From contig JAJRTR010000202.1 of assembly GCA_024278215.1 (NCBI GenBank), positions 1 through 49,604 of the forward strand: a stretch of DNA of 49,604 nt. The letters are read 5' to 3'. Shown here in pieces: positions 26,701-36,173 of the stretch. Below the pieces are notes generated by a model that saw only the letters and a program-made list of their open reading frames with translations, was not told the origin of the DNA and ran no database searches. Made by a program: the position numbers and the translations under genes. This DNA comes from a bacterium. Its GTDB lineage: Bacteria; UBP15; UBA6099; JAJRTR01. Position 1 is the first letter of the stretch. Each line of letters starts with the position of its first letter.

Positions 26701-29481
26701 CTCGGCGGTGACGTTGCCCGGCCCGATAAGTTCCGGGCGCTGCAATTCGAGTGTGATCGACTGCAACACGCTCTTGTCGCCCGCCACGTCGCCGGTTTTC
26801 ACCGCGGCGACTTTGTAGTAATACTTCGTTCCGTTATCCACACTGATGTCGCAATAGCCGGGGTTGTTCTGCGTGAACGATATCGGGCAGTCCGGGTCGG
26901 GCATGGGACCGCCGAGTTGCGTTTTGTATACTATATCTATAGGGCTGCTGGAGTCGAGTTGTGTCGGGTCCTCGGTCCTGTAGATCGCGTAGCCTGTGAC
27001 GATGGTGTCTTCGATGCGCACCCAGTTGAGAGACACAAGCTGGTCGCCGCCGATCAGCGGCACCTTGCCCGTGCCCGATGCCCATTGCGGGATCGGCAGT
27101 TCCGCCACGCCCGGTGTTACTTTTGTAAATTTGAAACTCTCGCCTATCGCTGTGTCGCCGCAATCGTTTCTCGCTGTGACATACCAGAGATATTCGACAT
27201 CGTCTGTAAGGTCCACGCTGCTCAGGCTGGTTGTAGTACCCGTCTCTGTTTTCTGGTACACCAGTTGTGAACTCTCGTTGTAGACTGAAACGTCGTAATA
27301 CGTCGCACCGTCCACTGTCGTCCACACGAGCGTGGGATTATCCGTAGTTTCCGTGCCGTTATTCGGCAGCAGGTTTGTCGGGCCCGATGTCAGCACGACA
27401 CATCCGCTTTCCCCATTGTAAACAAAGGTAAAGGGCAAAGCCTCCACCGTCGATCCCGAGTTCTGGTAACCTTTTACACTCCACCTGTAAGTTTTCCCGC
27501 TGTCGAGGTCGCTCCCACCATAAGTAACACTGTAATTCTTTCTTACGGGCGGATCGGTGTCGGAACCTTCTCCCGATATATTGCCGCTGTCGTATATCAC
27601 ATTTCCTGTTTCGACATCCGTTACCTGGAGAATATAGAAGTCCATATCGCCCGCGCCGATGAACTGGAATTCAGGCGTCGAGTTTGTTGTTGTCGTTCCA
27701 TCTTCCGGATATATCAGCGTAATGGTATGCTCCTGGCAATCTTTCGGATCGGAGGAAGGGGTCGTGCATTTTATCTCGGATTTGCTCGCGTCCTGTTCAG
27801 TGTTTGAACTCATGCCCGAAACGGCGTAGCATACTTCCACACCGTTGGAGACACCGGTTATCGTGGTCGAAGTTTCGGATGTACTGTATATTGTTTCAAC
27901 CGGTGTCGCCCCGCAACTCGTTTCCGTCTTTCCCGGACAACTGAATACCTGATAGCCGATATTGTTTGTATCACTTACCTTGATCCAGCTTAATTTTACA
28001 GTCTGATTATCACACGAGATGTAAGTGGTCGGAGCAGATATGGGATCGATCCGCTTGTCGATAACGACAAGATAGGGCGTGAAGTGCGACACCGGGCAGG
28101 TTACCCCGTACTTGTCGCCGAAGTAACTTATTTTCTGGTAAGTCGCGCTTATCAATTCCCAGCCGCCGGCATCCGTGCATGTGCCGCATTTCAGATCGTT
28201 GAGATCATTGCTCGTATAGCCGTTTGTCTGACCCAGATAATCTTCTATTTCAAATGATATGTAATAGCTGACTTCAGGCGGAAAATCCGGTGACTTGGGA
28301 CTTGTCTGGAGTGAAAAGTTGAATGCCGTGTCCGGCAATTCATCTATCGACGAATTCGATTGGTAGCATTCCATTAATGAAGACAGCGCCGCCGGGTCTA
28401 TTTTTATCGGTTTTGCCGGAATGTAATCGGGATCGAAGTTTGTCGGGGAATATACAGCAGACATATTGGCACCAACCACAACCGTTCCGGTCGATGGGGT
28501 AGGCGTAACCGTGGTCGTATCATTCGGCCTCAAGTTATCCATTGTAGTTTGATTTTCAGCTTTATTGCCGCCCCTTGATACCGCGGCTATCACGCCGACT
28601 GCAAGAACACCCAGAAGCAATGGATTGAGCTTCTTCTTCTTCGGCACACGCTTTGTAGTGCCTTCCGTGCGCTCGAGCACGACCGGCGTGTACACCAGCC
28701 TCACCTTATCACCTACAGAAACGGTTGTCCCCGTCTGTTGCCCGATGATATTGGCCCTCGAGTGGGCAATTGTGACTTCTTCGACTTCCAGAGACGCGAT
28801 CTGTGTATTTGTGCCTCGCTTCAATACCGCGAGTTCCGCTCCTTTGCGCACATTGTCGCGGTCCGCCAGGCTACAGAGGATGTCGTTCCCTTTTACGAGT
28901 GTCACAACTCCGAATGTCGTCAGATTTTCAAATATATATCCGGCGGCATTGCTGACACCGTCGCGGATGGCGAGTTCGGCGAGTTCGGCAAGCGATCCCG
29001 AGAACCCGAGACGGGTACTCCTGCCCTGGACGACTGCCTCGCTCATAAGACTGCCGTCGTCGACTTCGTACATCGACAGCCCCACTTCGATCACCGCCTG
29101 CTCGGTGCCGTCAAACTCCAGGTTTGACACGAAACCCACCAGCACCGCACTTGCACCAAGCGCGCGGCCTACTGAAATCGCCACGTCCGGATTCGGCTTA
29201 AGGTCTCCCATCGCCGCCATTACATCATCCTGCGGGAGGAGCTTCACCCCTTCAATACCACTGATATGAGCAAGCAGTAAGTTGACACCATAATCTTCTT
29301 CAAGCAATTCGTACTTGGTAAGATTCTCGATGCCTATGGCGGCAAGTGTGATGTCGAGCGGCTTCTGCCTGGCCTCCGCTACCCGTGGACTGTTGACGAT
29401 TGTCATCGTCATTGTAAATGTTACTATTAAGAATGCGGCAAACGCGCGTATGCCTCTCATCCCTAAAATCCGACCGAACAT
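23782..29481 (-). CDS. Giant surface protein: signal peptide, CsgG/FlgT-like N-terminal domains, hydrophobic segment, many Cys-rich FN3/Ig-like repeats
   Basis: AISVGRALGASAVLVGFVS (CsgG/FlgO-like), VSVGDKVRL (FlgT_C-like). Repeats of PxLIxPxDG..P.F.W...GA..Y.L.....Y.W.V.A. FN3 motifs (GTKYYYKVAAV, GLSPDTEY). GGAGG RBS. Confidence 0.88.
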   Translation of the reverse strand: MFGRILGMRGIRAFAAFLIVTFTMTMTIVNSPRVAEARQKPLDITLAAIGIENLTKYELLEEDYGVNLLLAHISGIEGVKLLPQDDVMAAMGDLKPNPDVAISVGRALGASAVLVGFVSNLEFDGTEQAVIEVGLSMYEVDDGSLMSEAVVQGRSTRLGFSGSLAELAELAIRDGVSNAAGYIFENLTTFGVVTLVKGNDILCSLADRDNVRKGAELAVLKRGTNTQIASLEVEEVTIAHSRANIIGQQTGTTVSVGDKVRLVYTPVVLERTEGTTKRVPKKKKLNPLLLGVLAVGVIAAVSRGGNKAENQTTMDNLRPNDTTTVTPTPSTGTVVVGANMSAVYSPTNFDPDYIPAKPIKIDPAALSSLMECYQSNSSIDELPDTAFNFSLQTSPKSPDFPPEVSYYISFEIEDYLGQTNGYTSNDLNDLKCGTCTDAGGWELISATYQKISYFGDKYGVTCPVSHFTPYLVVIDKRIDPISAPTTYISCDNQTVKLSWIKVSDTNNIGYQVFSCPGKTETSCGATPVETIYSTSETSTTITGVSNGVEVCYAVSGMSSNTEQDASKSEIKCTTPSSDPKDCQEHTITLIYPEDGTTTTNSTPEFQFIGAGDMDFYILQVTDVETGNVIYDSGNISGEGSDTDPPVRKNYSVTYGGSDLDSGKTYRWSVKGYQNSGSTVEALPFTFVYNGESGCVVLTSGPTNLLPNNGTETTDNPTLVWTTVDGATYYDVSVYNESSQLVYQKTETGTTTSLSSVDLTDDVEYLWYVTARNDCGDTAIGESFKFTKVTPGVAELPIPQWASGTGKVPLIGGDQLVSLNWVRIEDTIVTGYAIYRTEDPTQLDSSSPIDIVYKTQLGGPMPDPDCPISFTQNNPGYCDISVDNGTKYYYKVAAVKTGDVAGDKSVLQSITLELQRPELIGPGNVTAENVSEKEPLFQWFPINGPSVQYILSLYDDAQDIIIWQPTISGTSKQYDTSSAPALEEGKSYRWTVKAFNDLKQSEDSQTYRFTKVEATNRPDKPYFCGGTYCSGQQSDPYETGTSNNSITLYWEKPTADNVDEYRIYRCQDTSGICSSFVSTADNVACGTKTKVVCFEDTNLERGSTYYYNIQAVDKGDPNSSTSEDRVSDKSDTLEVVLLLKGPTLITPVYDQVIYVPEPELTFLREDGATQYLVQMVKKPNTFSNSTDLLWSYSLSTSGSGVYTVTFNQDGTAESPLVNPSDPDISGTQYQWRVCSMNDRYTIPQCSNPSQFYKNLKPPLTVSPKSPPPEQIVTDTILFQWTETPGAAGYTLRICKRVGSGTDCRSLPIVFQTDVTGGTTTSYSYNSSDLDRCDISNDATCSIDGSYYWEIRAYDSNGATSGSWENVNRELFYKVFGEAPQLIIPADGQIIGPDVSCALTQDFYGNPTYNYAITFRWSDIGADSYSIRIEDIEASDDASNPDDPNIVVIYEGEMSAGQFDVNANCGFGSSDVIPFSAGRKFRWNITAGESPYDADNAKTFITGLPAPDLISPLDGQQVLLVTNCDSQSSTLCLHFDWNGGTYTDQNDVVREIPGIIGAESYDVEILKNGLPFLCTPQFTYDPGNPPDPPFTPTNYTFCDMSTPSVVNGDVFTWRVRARDASGESTQSGTGYPGPWSSINQFTVLIPPVVLASPPDNSDVCDPYNDPDTIQTQCTIVDCLNQAFYWSPIPDAFGLSCYKIDVSDTADFRNLIMSADTSDPSLFLKTSTGLYNGYQADTTDYIPMTNGVVYYWRVGASIADASGDCGFTWIYSDTWKYFKRPPVPQNVTATPDIYSATLSWTQPVNCPPASSGQALSYPEVPPAGGEYIIYVESQMPDDQTPPTHIAGIYGASATSADVTGLSPDTEYAICIRTVDNSFYINHYGHISNFVCVTANTLPEPDQ

Positions 29482-29665
29482 AAGAATCCTCCGCAGTGTT
29501 ATTTACGTGTCCTGAAAACTTCACGCTTACTGCACAAATGCTGAAAGCCGGCACTATTCCAACGCCTGGCTGTCATGATTATCAGTTATAATTTTTGTTC
29601 GCACGAACAACTTCTGTTGACGGAAAGCAACATTTCTATTCTTTCCTCTGACTCCCCTGTTATGC

Positions 29666-30478
29666 TCATATTCCCGGAGGCTGAAGTCTTACCAGCCAGA
29701 ACGGGATGTCTTCCCTCAGGTGATACCGGCAAAATCTTACCAGCACTTTCGCAAGCTCTCGCGTTTCATATCTTCTGCCTGCCTGCCGTTCTGCGGCAAA
29801 CCATCCGGAGCTTATTCCTTCAGCTTCTTCCATTGTTTCTATCTGTGATCCCTCGAGGATGTCGCATAAGCTTTTCACTCGTTCACTGTATTGAACCACA
29901 CCCGGACTCAACCTGCTCATCGTCTCTCCATTTTGCGGTGTGCAGTTCGGACAGTAGACGGCGCCTTCTGCAATATCGAGCAGGAAATCACCATCCCCAC
30001 TTTCAGCGCCGCACTCCGCGCAGACATCCAAAACAGGCAATATCCCGGCAACCTTAAGAAACTGCCATTCAAACAGCGTTTTAATTATATCATGATGATT
30101 GTTAACTTGTAAAAGAAAATGTATATTTTTTATTATATTGTAGAGGTGAATTTCACTGCTGCGGGAGGGAAGCAGGGTAAGAACGAATCTCGACATGTAT
30201 CCGATCAGGGCTATCGCGTCAGGGTCCTGCCTGAGACGGTTGAATTCCACCAGCGGTGCCCACTCCGTCAGGAGATCGACAGTTCGCCTTTCCGCAATAA
30301 AAAAAAGACCTTCATGCAGAAAGTCAAGCGCGGGTCTGAGCGAACTCGCGACTTTTTTCGTGCCCCGCACTGCTACTCTGAATTTGCCTTCCTCCTCCGA
30401 GAAGAGTGTAAGTTGAACTTCGTTTTCTCTCGTGTCGATACAATCTATCGGGATAGCTTTTACGCGGTACGTTCCCAT
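29666..30478 (-). CDS. recO: DNA repair protein RecO
   Basis: N-terminal OB fold (LTLFSEEEGKFRVAVRGTKK), FEWQFLKVAGILP, Zn finger CAECG...CPNC. Confidence 0.85.
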   Translation of the reverse strand: MGTYRVKAIPIDCIDTRENEVQLTLFSEEEGKFRVAVRGTKKVASSLRPALDFLHEGLFFIAERRTVDLLTEWAPLVEFNRLRQDPDAIALIGYMSRFVLTLLPSRSSEIHLYNIIKNIHFLLQVNNHHDIIKTLFEWQFLKVAGILPVLDVCAECGAESGDGDFLLDIAEGAVYCPNCTPQNGETMSRLSPGVVQYSERVKSLCDILEGSQIETMEEAEGISSGWFAAERQAGRRYETRELAKVLVRFCRYHLREDIPFWLVRLQPPGI

Positions 30479-30633
30479 TGGCGTTTATAACCGTTCGTTT
30501 TTTCCCACTCAGTCCGCATATCTCAACAATACGGGGGGAAAAGTGGGTAAAACAACACAGATACTAATACGTTATTACGGCATGGAAATCAGAAGGCCTG
30601 CCTGCGCGTCGTGTGTGTTGCCCGTCAGGATAT

Positions 30634-32115
30634 TTATCTGTATTTCAGTGTGAGCTTGTAGGGTGCGACAACATACTTGAGCCTGAGTTCGATGGGCTTG
30701 CGCCATGTTGTCGGCGATGGACCGTCTCCGACAGACCTCTGGACATCAAGGTAAAGAGTTCCGAGATTGTTCAGTGCGTCGGTGAAGGTCGGATCGATCT
30801 CGAGCGCTCTCTTGTACGAAAGCGCGGCCTGGTCCAGCAACCCGATATTTGTATACATGACACCAAGGTTATACTGAATTACCGGGTCGGTATCGTTTAT
30901 TGCGCGGGCTGTTTCCCATTCCTGGATGGCAGCGTGATACATGCCCCTCTGTGCGTATACGATGCCGAGGTTCATGCGTGACTTGAGATACCTCGGGTCT
31001 TTCGACAGCGAAGTCTTCCAGGAGTTGATCGCTTCGTCGATCATCCCCTTCTGGGCATAAGCTACACCGAGGTTGTTGTAGTCGTGTTCGTCGCCGCCAC
31101 TGATGGCGATGACCTGTTTCCACTCACGAATCGAGGCGTCAAAGTCGCCCTTTATCAGGTGGTTGACACCGAGACTGAAGTGCGTGGGAACATAGTCGGG
31201 GTTCAGGCTGCTTGCGCGTCTCCAGGCTTCTATGGCGTTATCATGGTCGCCGGCTTTGTTGTAGACGGCACCGAGCACGTAGAAGCCCATCGAGTCTTTC
31301 GGGTTTTGCTTGAGGAGCTCGCCAAGATGATAAACCGCTTTTGCATACTGTCTTGCGCGGGTGTAAACTATTGCAAGATTATATCTTACCGTATTATTTC
31401 TGGGGTCCAGTGCGAGTGTTTTTTCCCATTCCTGAATTGTGCCGTCGAGCAGATTTTTCTTGAGGTACGCGGCACCGAGATTGTAGTGCGCGATGGGATC
31501 GTTGGGGATTATCTCCAGAGCCTGCTGGAGCATGACTATGGATTTCGAGAGCGGGTCGCCCGACTGGTAGGCTTCAACAGTGATCTCGGGGGTTGCAACG
31601 GAGATGTCGCTGGGCGGTTCGGGATAGAATGTCTCGGACTCGGCAGGCTTGCTGATTGTCGATTCGACAGGCGTAGCCCGCTTTGTGGATTTCGCGGTTT
31701 TAAGATTATTGGCGGCTTCTGTGTAGCCGGGATCAATTTCAAGTGCGATTTCCCATTCGGCAATCGCCTGATCGATTTTGCCCTGTTTGTAGAATACTAC
31801 TCCGAGGTTGTTGTGCGCGTCGACGTTGCCGGGATCAAGTGCTACAGCTTTCCTGTAGTGGGCGGCGGCATTATCAAGGTCGCCAAGCTCATCATACACA
31901 ATGCCCATATTATTCTGGATTTCGGCGCTCTTGGGTTTCTTCTCAAGAGCCGACTCGAATTCCTCGAGAGCTTTTGAATACTCTCCGGCATTGTAGTATG
32001 CCACACCCCTGTTATTATGCTCTTTAAATGTATCCGAAAACGCTGTAGTTGCGCCGAGCATTAGGGTTAAAAAGACAACCGCCGTCGTGAAAGTGGTGGC
32101 GTATCTGCGATGCAT
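30634..32115 (-). CDS. Exported multi-TPR repeat protein
   Basis: Signal peptide and about 11 TPR units (AHNNLGVVFYKQG..AI..WE.AL..DP). GGAGG RBS favours ATG 32115 over 32139. Confidence 0.9.
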   Translation of the reverse strand: MHRRYATTFTTAVVFLTLMLGATTAFSDTFKEHNNRGVAYYNAGEYSKALEEFESALEKKPKSAEIQNNMGIVYDELGDLDNAAAHYRKAVALDPGNVDAHNNLGVVFYKQGKIDQAIAEWEIALEIDPGYTEAANNLKTAKSTKRATPVESTISKPAESETFYPEPPSDISVATPEITVEAYQSGDPLSKSIVMLQQALEIIPNDPIAHYNLGAAYLKKNLLDGTIQEWEKTLALDPRNNTVRYNLAIVYTRARQYAKAVYHLGELLKQNPKDSMGFYVLGAVYNKAGDHDNAIEAWRRASSLNPDYVPTHFSLGVNHLIKGDFDASIREWKQVIAISGGDEHDYNNLGVAYAQKGMIDEAINSWKTSLSKDPRYLKSRMNLGIVYAQRGMYHAAIQEWETARAINDTDPVIQYNLGVMYTNIGLLDQAALSYKRALEIDPTFTDALNNLGTLYLDVQRSVGDGPSPTTWRKPIELRLKYVVAPYKLTLKYR

Positions 32116-32149
32116 GCCGCCCTTTCCTCCGTTCTTCATAGTCTTCAGG

Positions 32150-32179
32150 ATTATATCACCTCAATTATTATATTGACAA
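32150..32179 (-). promoter_or_regulatory. Candidate sigma70 promoter of the TPR gene
   Basis: Minus strand TTGTCA-N18-TATAAT with extended -10 TG. Confidence 0.55.
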
Positions 32180-32396
32180 GAAGTTGTAAAATAAATTGAA
32201 TAATAGTATTCGCTTCTTCTTTTCCTGCTTCCTTCCCGCCAACCTGTGTGATATAACTCCGGGCATTATCGAACCGTCTTTCCGGTCCATCTATAAGAAT
32301 TCATTCCCCCGGTTTAGAATAGTATCCAACTTTGATGAAAAACTTTATCTAATTATTTTTTTTGTCGTTTTTCTTTCTGATTTGTTTTTCTTCATA

Positions 32397-33200
32397 CTAT
32401 TCCGAACCCGATGATTCTTTTACCCTATTTGCTTTAACGCAACAACTCTTTTCGTAGTCGACCCTGTATAAATAAAGGCCCTGCGGCCCTACCGTCCGGC
32501 CCGCGAGTGTCCGGTCTCCCGACTCGAGCACTTCGCGTATCCACCGCGTGTCCCGCTTCCCAAGCCCGACTTCCAGCACCGTGCCGACTATGTTCCTGAC
32601 CATTTTATACAGGAAACCCGACCCATATACAACAATTTTTATAAAGCAACCTTTTCTTGACGCCCCGGTACGGTATATTGTCTTTACCGGGTTCGCAGGT
32701 GACGAACCTTCATTCTTCAGTGCGGAGAAATCGTGTTCCCCCTCTAAAATCGTTAGCGCTTCCGCCATGGCTGCGCAATCAATTTCGCCCGGAACGAACA
32801 AAGCATAATTCCGGAGCACAGGCACCGGCGCGGCAGACTGGTACAGATAGTATCCATACTCTTTCGCCCTCGCTGAAAATCTTGCGCTGAAATCCCCGTC
32901 AACCTCAATCGAGTCGACTGTCTGTATGTCTTCGGGCAGATACACTCTCAGGGCCGACGCGATTTTCACTGGCGGTATTCTTGTTGTTGTTTTAAAACTC
33001 ACCACCTGCCCGAGCGCATGAACACCGGCGTCTGTTCTGCCCGCGCCCTCTGTCGGTGTTGTTTCCCCGGTCAGCCTTTCGAGCGCTTTCTCGACTTCTT
33101 CCTGGACTGTTCTGGGTCCATCTTTCTGTTTCTGGAAACCATGGAAAAGTGTTCCGTCATACTGGATGACCAGTTTTATATTTTTCTCAGGCGATTCCAT
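32397..33200 (-). CDS. truA: tRNA pseudouridine(38-40) synthase TruA
   Basis: YDGTLFHGFQ, GAGRTDAGVHALGQ, FLYKMVRNIVG. Confidence 0.97.
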   Translation of the reverse strand: MESPEKNIKLVIQYDGTLFHGFQKQKDGPRTVQEEVEKALERLTGETTPTEGAGRTDAGVHALGQVVSFKTTTRIPPVKIASALRVYLPEDIQTVDSIEVDGDFSARFSARAKEYGYYLYQSAAPVPVLRNYALFVPGEIDCAAMAEALTILEGEHDFSALKNEGSSPANPVKTIYRTGASRKGCFIKIVVYGSGFLYKMVRNIVGTVLEVGLGKRDTRWIREVLESGDRTLAGRTVGPQGLYLYRVDYEKSCCVKANRVKESSGSE

Positions 33201-33329
33201 GTCAAGGTTTCAGGATATAACCACTATTCGCTCCGGTGTTCCGCCCCTGTATGCGACAACCTGTTGTTGTAAGTGTAAATATCGGCTAAAAAATGTATTT
33301 TTTAATTACCGCGAAATTTCTTTTTCGTG

Positions 33330-33357
33330 TAAGAGCCAACTGCAAAATTATGTTCGT
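33330..33357 (+). repeat. 28-bp dispersed repeat, copy 2
   Basis: TAAGAGCCAACTGCAAAATTATGTTCGT, 27/28 to the reverse complement of 18351-18378. Confidence 0.75.
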
Positions 33358-33404
33358 TCAGAATCTTGCAGTTATCGCATAAGCCGGTGTTTTCAGTCTT
33401 TTCA

Positions 33405-33426
33405 ATCACAGGGCGAACCCTGTGAT
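33405..33426 (-). other. Stable hairpin between rplQ and truA
   Basis: Minus strand ATCACAGGG-TTCG-CCCTGTGAT, 9-bp stem with UUCG loop. No U-tract. Confidence 0.5.
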
Positions 33427-33624
33427 CGAGCATTAAAATATTTTTTCTTTGCCGGACTCCGGGCAGAGTCTTCCGGGTTCCGTCTTCTCTGTCGAGCTAA
33501 GTCTTGAAAGGGACGTAGTAATTATATTGCCATAATGCTGTCGTGCCGAGTCCGGATGTATCCTCCGGAGAAACACTCAGGACTGTACGGGGCCGTATTT
33601 TCTGTCGACCACGCATGTGAAAAA

Positions 33625-33984
33625 CTATTCAGAGTCTACGAAAGTAAGCATGGCCATGTCGGCGGCGTCACCGCGCCGCGGCGGCAATTTTACGATGCTG
33701 ATGTATCCACCGGGCCGTGTTGCGTATTTGGGCACGTATTCGCTGAATATTTTCTTGAATGCTTCTTTGTTGTTGATGACGCGGCGCACCCGTCGCTTTG
33801 CGCTCAGATCGTTTTTCCTTGCTGTGGTAAGCGTTTTCTCGGCCATACGCTTTGTTGCTTTTGCTTTGGCTTCGGTTGTGGTCAATTTCCCGTGCAGGAA
33901 CAGATTGGTAACCTGGTTCTTGAGCAGGGCCATGCGCTGGTCCGTGGGACGCGCGAGTTTTTTTATTTTTTTTCTGTGTCTCAT
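33625..33984 (-). CDS. rplQ: 50S ribosomal protein L17
   Basis: MRHRK..KL.R...R.ALL, TTEAKAK, RPGGY, RRGDAA. Confidence 0.98.
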   Translation of the reverse strand: MRHRKKIKKLARPTDQRMALLKNQVTNLFLHGKLTTTEAKAKATKRMAEKTLTTARKNDLSAKRRVRRVINNKEAFKKIFSEYVPKYATRPGGYISIVKLPPRRGDAADMAMLTFVDSE

Positions 33985-34018
33985 TTTTCAATACCTGCAA
34001 TTCAAAATAATGTGGTAG

Positions 34019-34993
34019 CTATTCAGCATCGTCCGGAGCAAGATTCAGCCCCATGGAGATAAGTTTCGCTTTGATTTCCTTGAGTGATTTTTCGCCGAAG
34101 TTGCGCAGTCCGCGCAGCCGGGTTTCGGACCATGGCAGAAGTTCTTCCACCATGTTGATATTCGCATTCTTTAGGCAATTGTAGGAACGCACCGAAAGGT
34201 CGAGTTCGTCGATGGTCTTTTTGAGGTCCTGTCCCTTTTTCTTTTGCTCTTCCTCTTTCTTTTCCTCTTCTATAAGGATGCGTTCCTTGAAGTCGACAAT
34301 GAAGCTGAATTCCTTGATGAGTATGCGTGCGGCCTCGCTGAGAGAATCGGCGGGCAAGACGGAACCGTCTGTGTACACCTCGATTGTGAGCTTGTCGAAG
34401 TCTGTCCTCTGGCCTACGCGGGCGGGTTCCACGAAGAACCGTGTTCGCACGACGGGCGAATAGTTCGAGTCGACGAGAATTACACCGCGTTCGGTTGGAA
34501 TATCCGGATCTTCCCGGTGCCATTCGGTGGGTACGTATCCACGCCCCCGGCGGACTCCCACTTCCATTTTAAACTCGATAGCGTCGCTGGTCACTGTGCA
34601 GATCGGGAAGTCGGGCCTGGGAAATTCGACTCTGTCGTCGGCTTCGAAATCACCTGCGGTTACCACGCCGGTTTCGCCTTTATCGAGTTTCAGTACGACC
34701 ATTTCATCGGAGTTCACTGCAATCGGCAGTCCCTTGAGGTTCAGCACGATGTCCGTAACATCCTCGACAACGCCTTCAAGGGCGGTGAACTCGTGGAGGA
34801 CACCTTCGATTTTCATGTACACTACAGCCGAACCTGTGATCGAAGAGATCAGGATTCGACGAAGTGAGTTTCCAAGGGTGGTTCCAAAACCGCGGATCAG
34901 AGGCTGGATTTCGTATCGACCGTAATTTCCTGTTCCGTCTTCGTTGCTTTTCTCTTCTATAATCTTGATGTTCGGTCTTTCAATCGTGTTCAT
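34019..34993 (-). CDS. rpoA: RNA polymerase alpha subunit
   Basis: GFGTTLGNSLRRIL, HEF..GVVEDV, LDLSVRSYNCLK, RNFGEKSL. Confidence 0.98.
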   Translation of the reverse strand: MNTIERPNIKIIEEKSNEDGTGNYGRYEIQPLIRGFGTTLGNSLRRILISSITGSAVVYMKIEGVLHEFTALEGVVEDVTDIVLNLKGLPIAVNSDEMVVLKLDKGETGVVTAGDFEADDRVEFPRPDFPICTVTSDAIEFKMEVGVRRGRGYVPTEWHREDPDIPTERGVILVDSNYSPVVRTRFFVEPARVGQRTDFDKLTIEVYTDGSVLPADSLSEAARILIKEFSFIVDFKERILIEEEKKEEEQKKKGQDLKKTIDELDLSVRSYNCLKNANINMVEELLPWSETRLRGLRNFGEKSLKEIKAKLISMGLNLAPDDAE

Positions 34994-35008
34994 TTATCCT
35001 CCTATTTG

Positions 35009-35650
35009 TTATCGAGAATAGAACTCAACAATCAGGTGATCCTGTACCGGAATATCGAGTTTATCGCCTTCCGGCAGTTCAAGAACCGTACCCTTGAGTT
35101 CGATGGGGTTGGTCTCTATCCATGCGGGTATTCTGGCCCTGGTGCTGGCCGAATTCGCGGCGTCGCGGATAGCCTGTTGTTTCTTGCTTTTTTCTTTTAC
35201 CTCAATTACGTCGCCTGATTTAACGGTGAAGGAGGGAATGTCTACTATTCTTCCGTTGACAGTGATGTGCCTGTGCCTGACAAGCTGGCGTGCCATGCGG
35301 CGGGATGCGCCGAACCCCATCCTGTAGACTACGTTGTCGAGCCGTCGCTCGAGGTACTGGAAGAGCATCTCGCCGGTGATGCCGACTTTCTGCGATGCTT
35401 TCTCGTAACATTTATGAAACTGCTTTTCGCTTATTCCATACATGCGCCTCGCACGCTGTTTCTCGCGTAGCTGCACGGAATATTCCGATGCGTTTCTCTC
35501 GCGCCTCGAGAAGCGGCCCACGTGTCCCGGGGGATATGTTCTTCGCTTGTAGCCACACTTGTCGTCGTTGTAGCAACGCTCGCCTTTAAGAAAAAGTTTC
35601 ATGCCGGCGGAGCGGCATTGCTTGCACTGTGGTCCTGTATCTTTTGCCAT
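35009..35650 (-). CDS. rpsD: 30S ribosomal protein S4 (Zn-ribbon type)
   Basis: CKQCR..LFLKGERC, QLREKQ, LERRLDNVVYR, IVEFYSR. Confidence 0.98.
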   Translation of the reverse strand: MAKDTGPQCKQCRSAGMKLFLKGERCYNDDKCGYKRRTYPPGHVGRFSRRERNASEYSVQLREKQRARRMYGISEKQFHKCYEKASQKVGITGEMLFQYLERRLDNVVYRMGFGASRRMARQLVRHRHITVNGRIVDIPSFTVKSGDVIEVKEKSKKQQAIRDAANSASTRARIPAWIETNPIELKGTVLELPEGDKLDIPVQDHLIVEFYSR

Positions 35651-35677
35651 TATCCGGTACCTCTATCTAAAAATCTA

Positions 35678-36070
35678 TTATACTCTTCTTCTCTTCTTGG
35701 GCCTGCATCCGTTGTGCGGGATAGGCGTTACGTCTTTAATGCTGCGAATCTGGAAGCCCTGTGCCTGGAACGATCTTATGGCGGACTCCCGCCCCGCGCC
35801 CGGCCCCTTTACGTATATATCTATTTTCTTCAATCCAAGGGCGATTACTTCTTTGCCGACGGATTCAGCAGCCATCTGGGCGGCATAGGGGGTTCCTTTT
35901 CTGGAGCCCTTGAAACCGACGGTTCCGGCGCTTGCCCATGTGACTACGTTTCCATTCATGTCGGTTATGGTTACCAGCGTGTTGTTGAAGCTGGATTTGA
36001 TTCTGACAATACCCTCGGATATTGCAAGCTTTTTCTTAGCTTTGGTTTTCCCTCTGCCTTTTTTCGCCAT
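35678..36070 (-). CDS. rpsK: 30S ribosomal protein S11
   Basis: [31 protein letters not shown]. Confidence 0.98.
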   Translation of the reverse strand: MAKKGRGKTKAKKKLAISEGIVRIKSSFNNTLVTITDMNGNVVTWASAGTVGFKGSRKGTPYAAQMAAESVGKEVIALGLKKIDIYVKGPGAGRESAIRSFQAQGFQIRSIKDVTPIPHNGCRPKKRRRV

Positions 36071-36173
36071 GCTTTCTACTCCTTAAATATTCGCCGCGCA
36101 CGTATCCGGTTTTTCCGCTTGCATCGTGTCTGAAAAGCTCACGTTGTGCAAGTCGCAAGTGTGGTGCGCGCTA

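Noticed and set aside
29595-29610. TTGTTCGCACGAACAA as a LexA box
   Set aside because: The half-sites are in the reverse order of CGAAC-N4-GTTCG, with a 2-nt spacer.
33279-33305. Second sigma28 promoter upstream of truA (minus strand)
   Set aside because: GCCGATAT is present but TAAA is 14 nt away rather than 15, and truA is an unlikely target.
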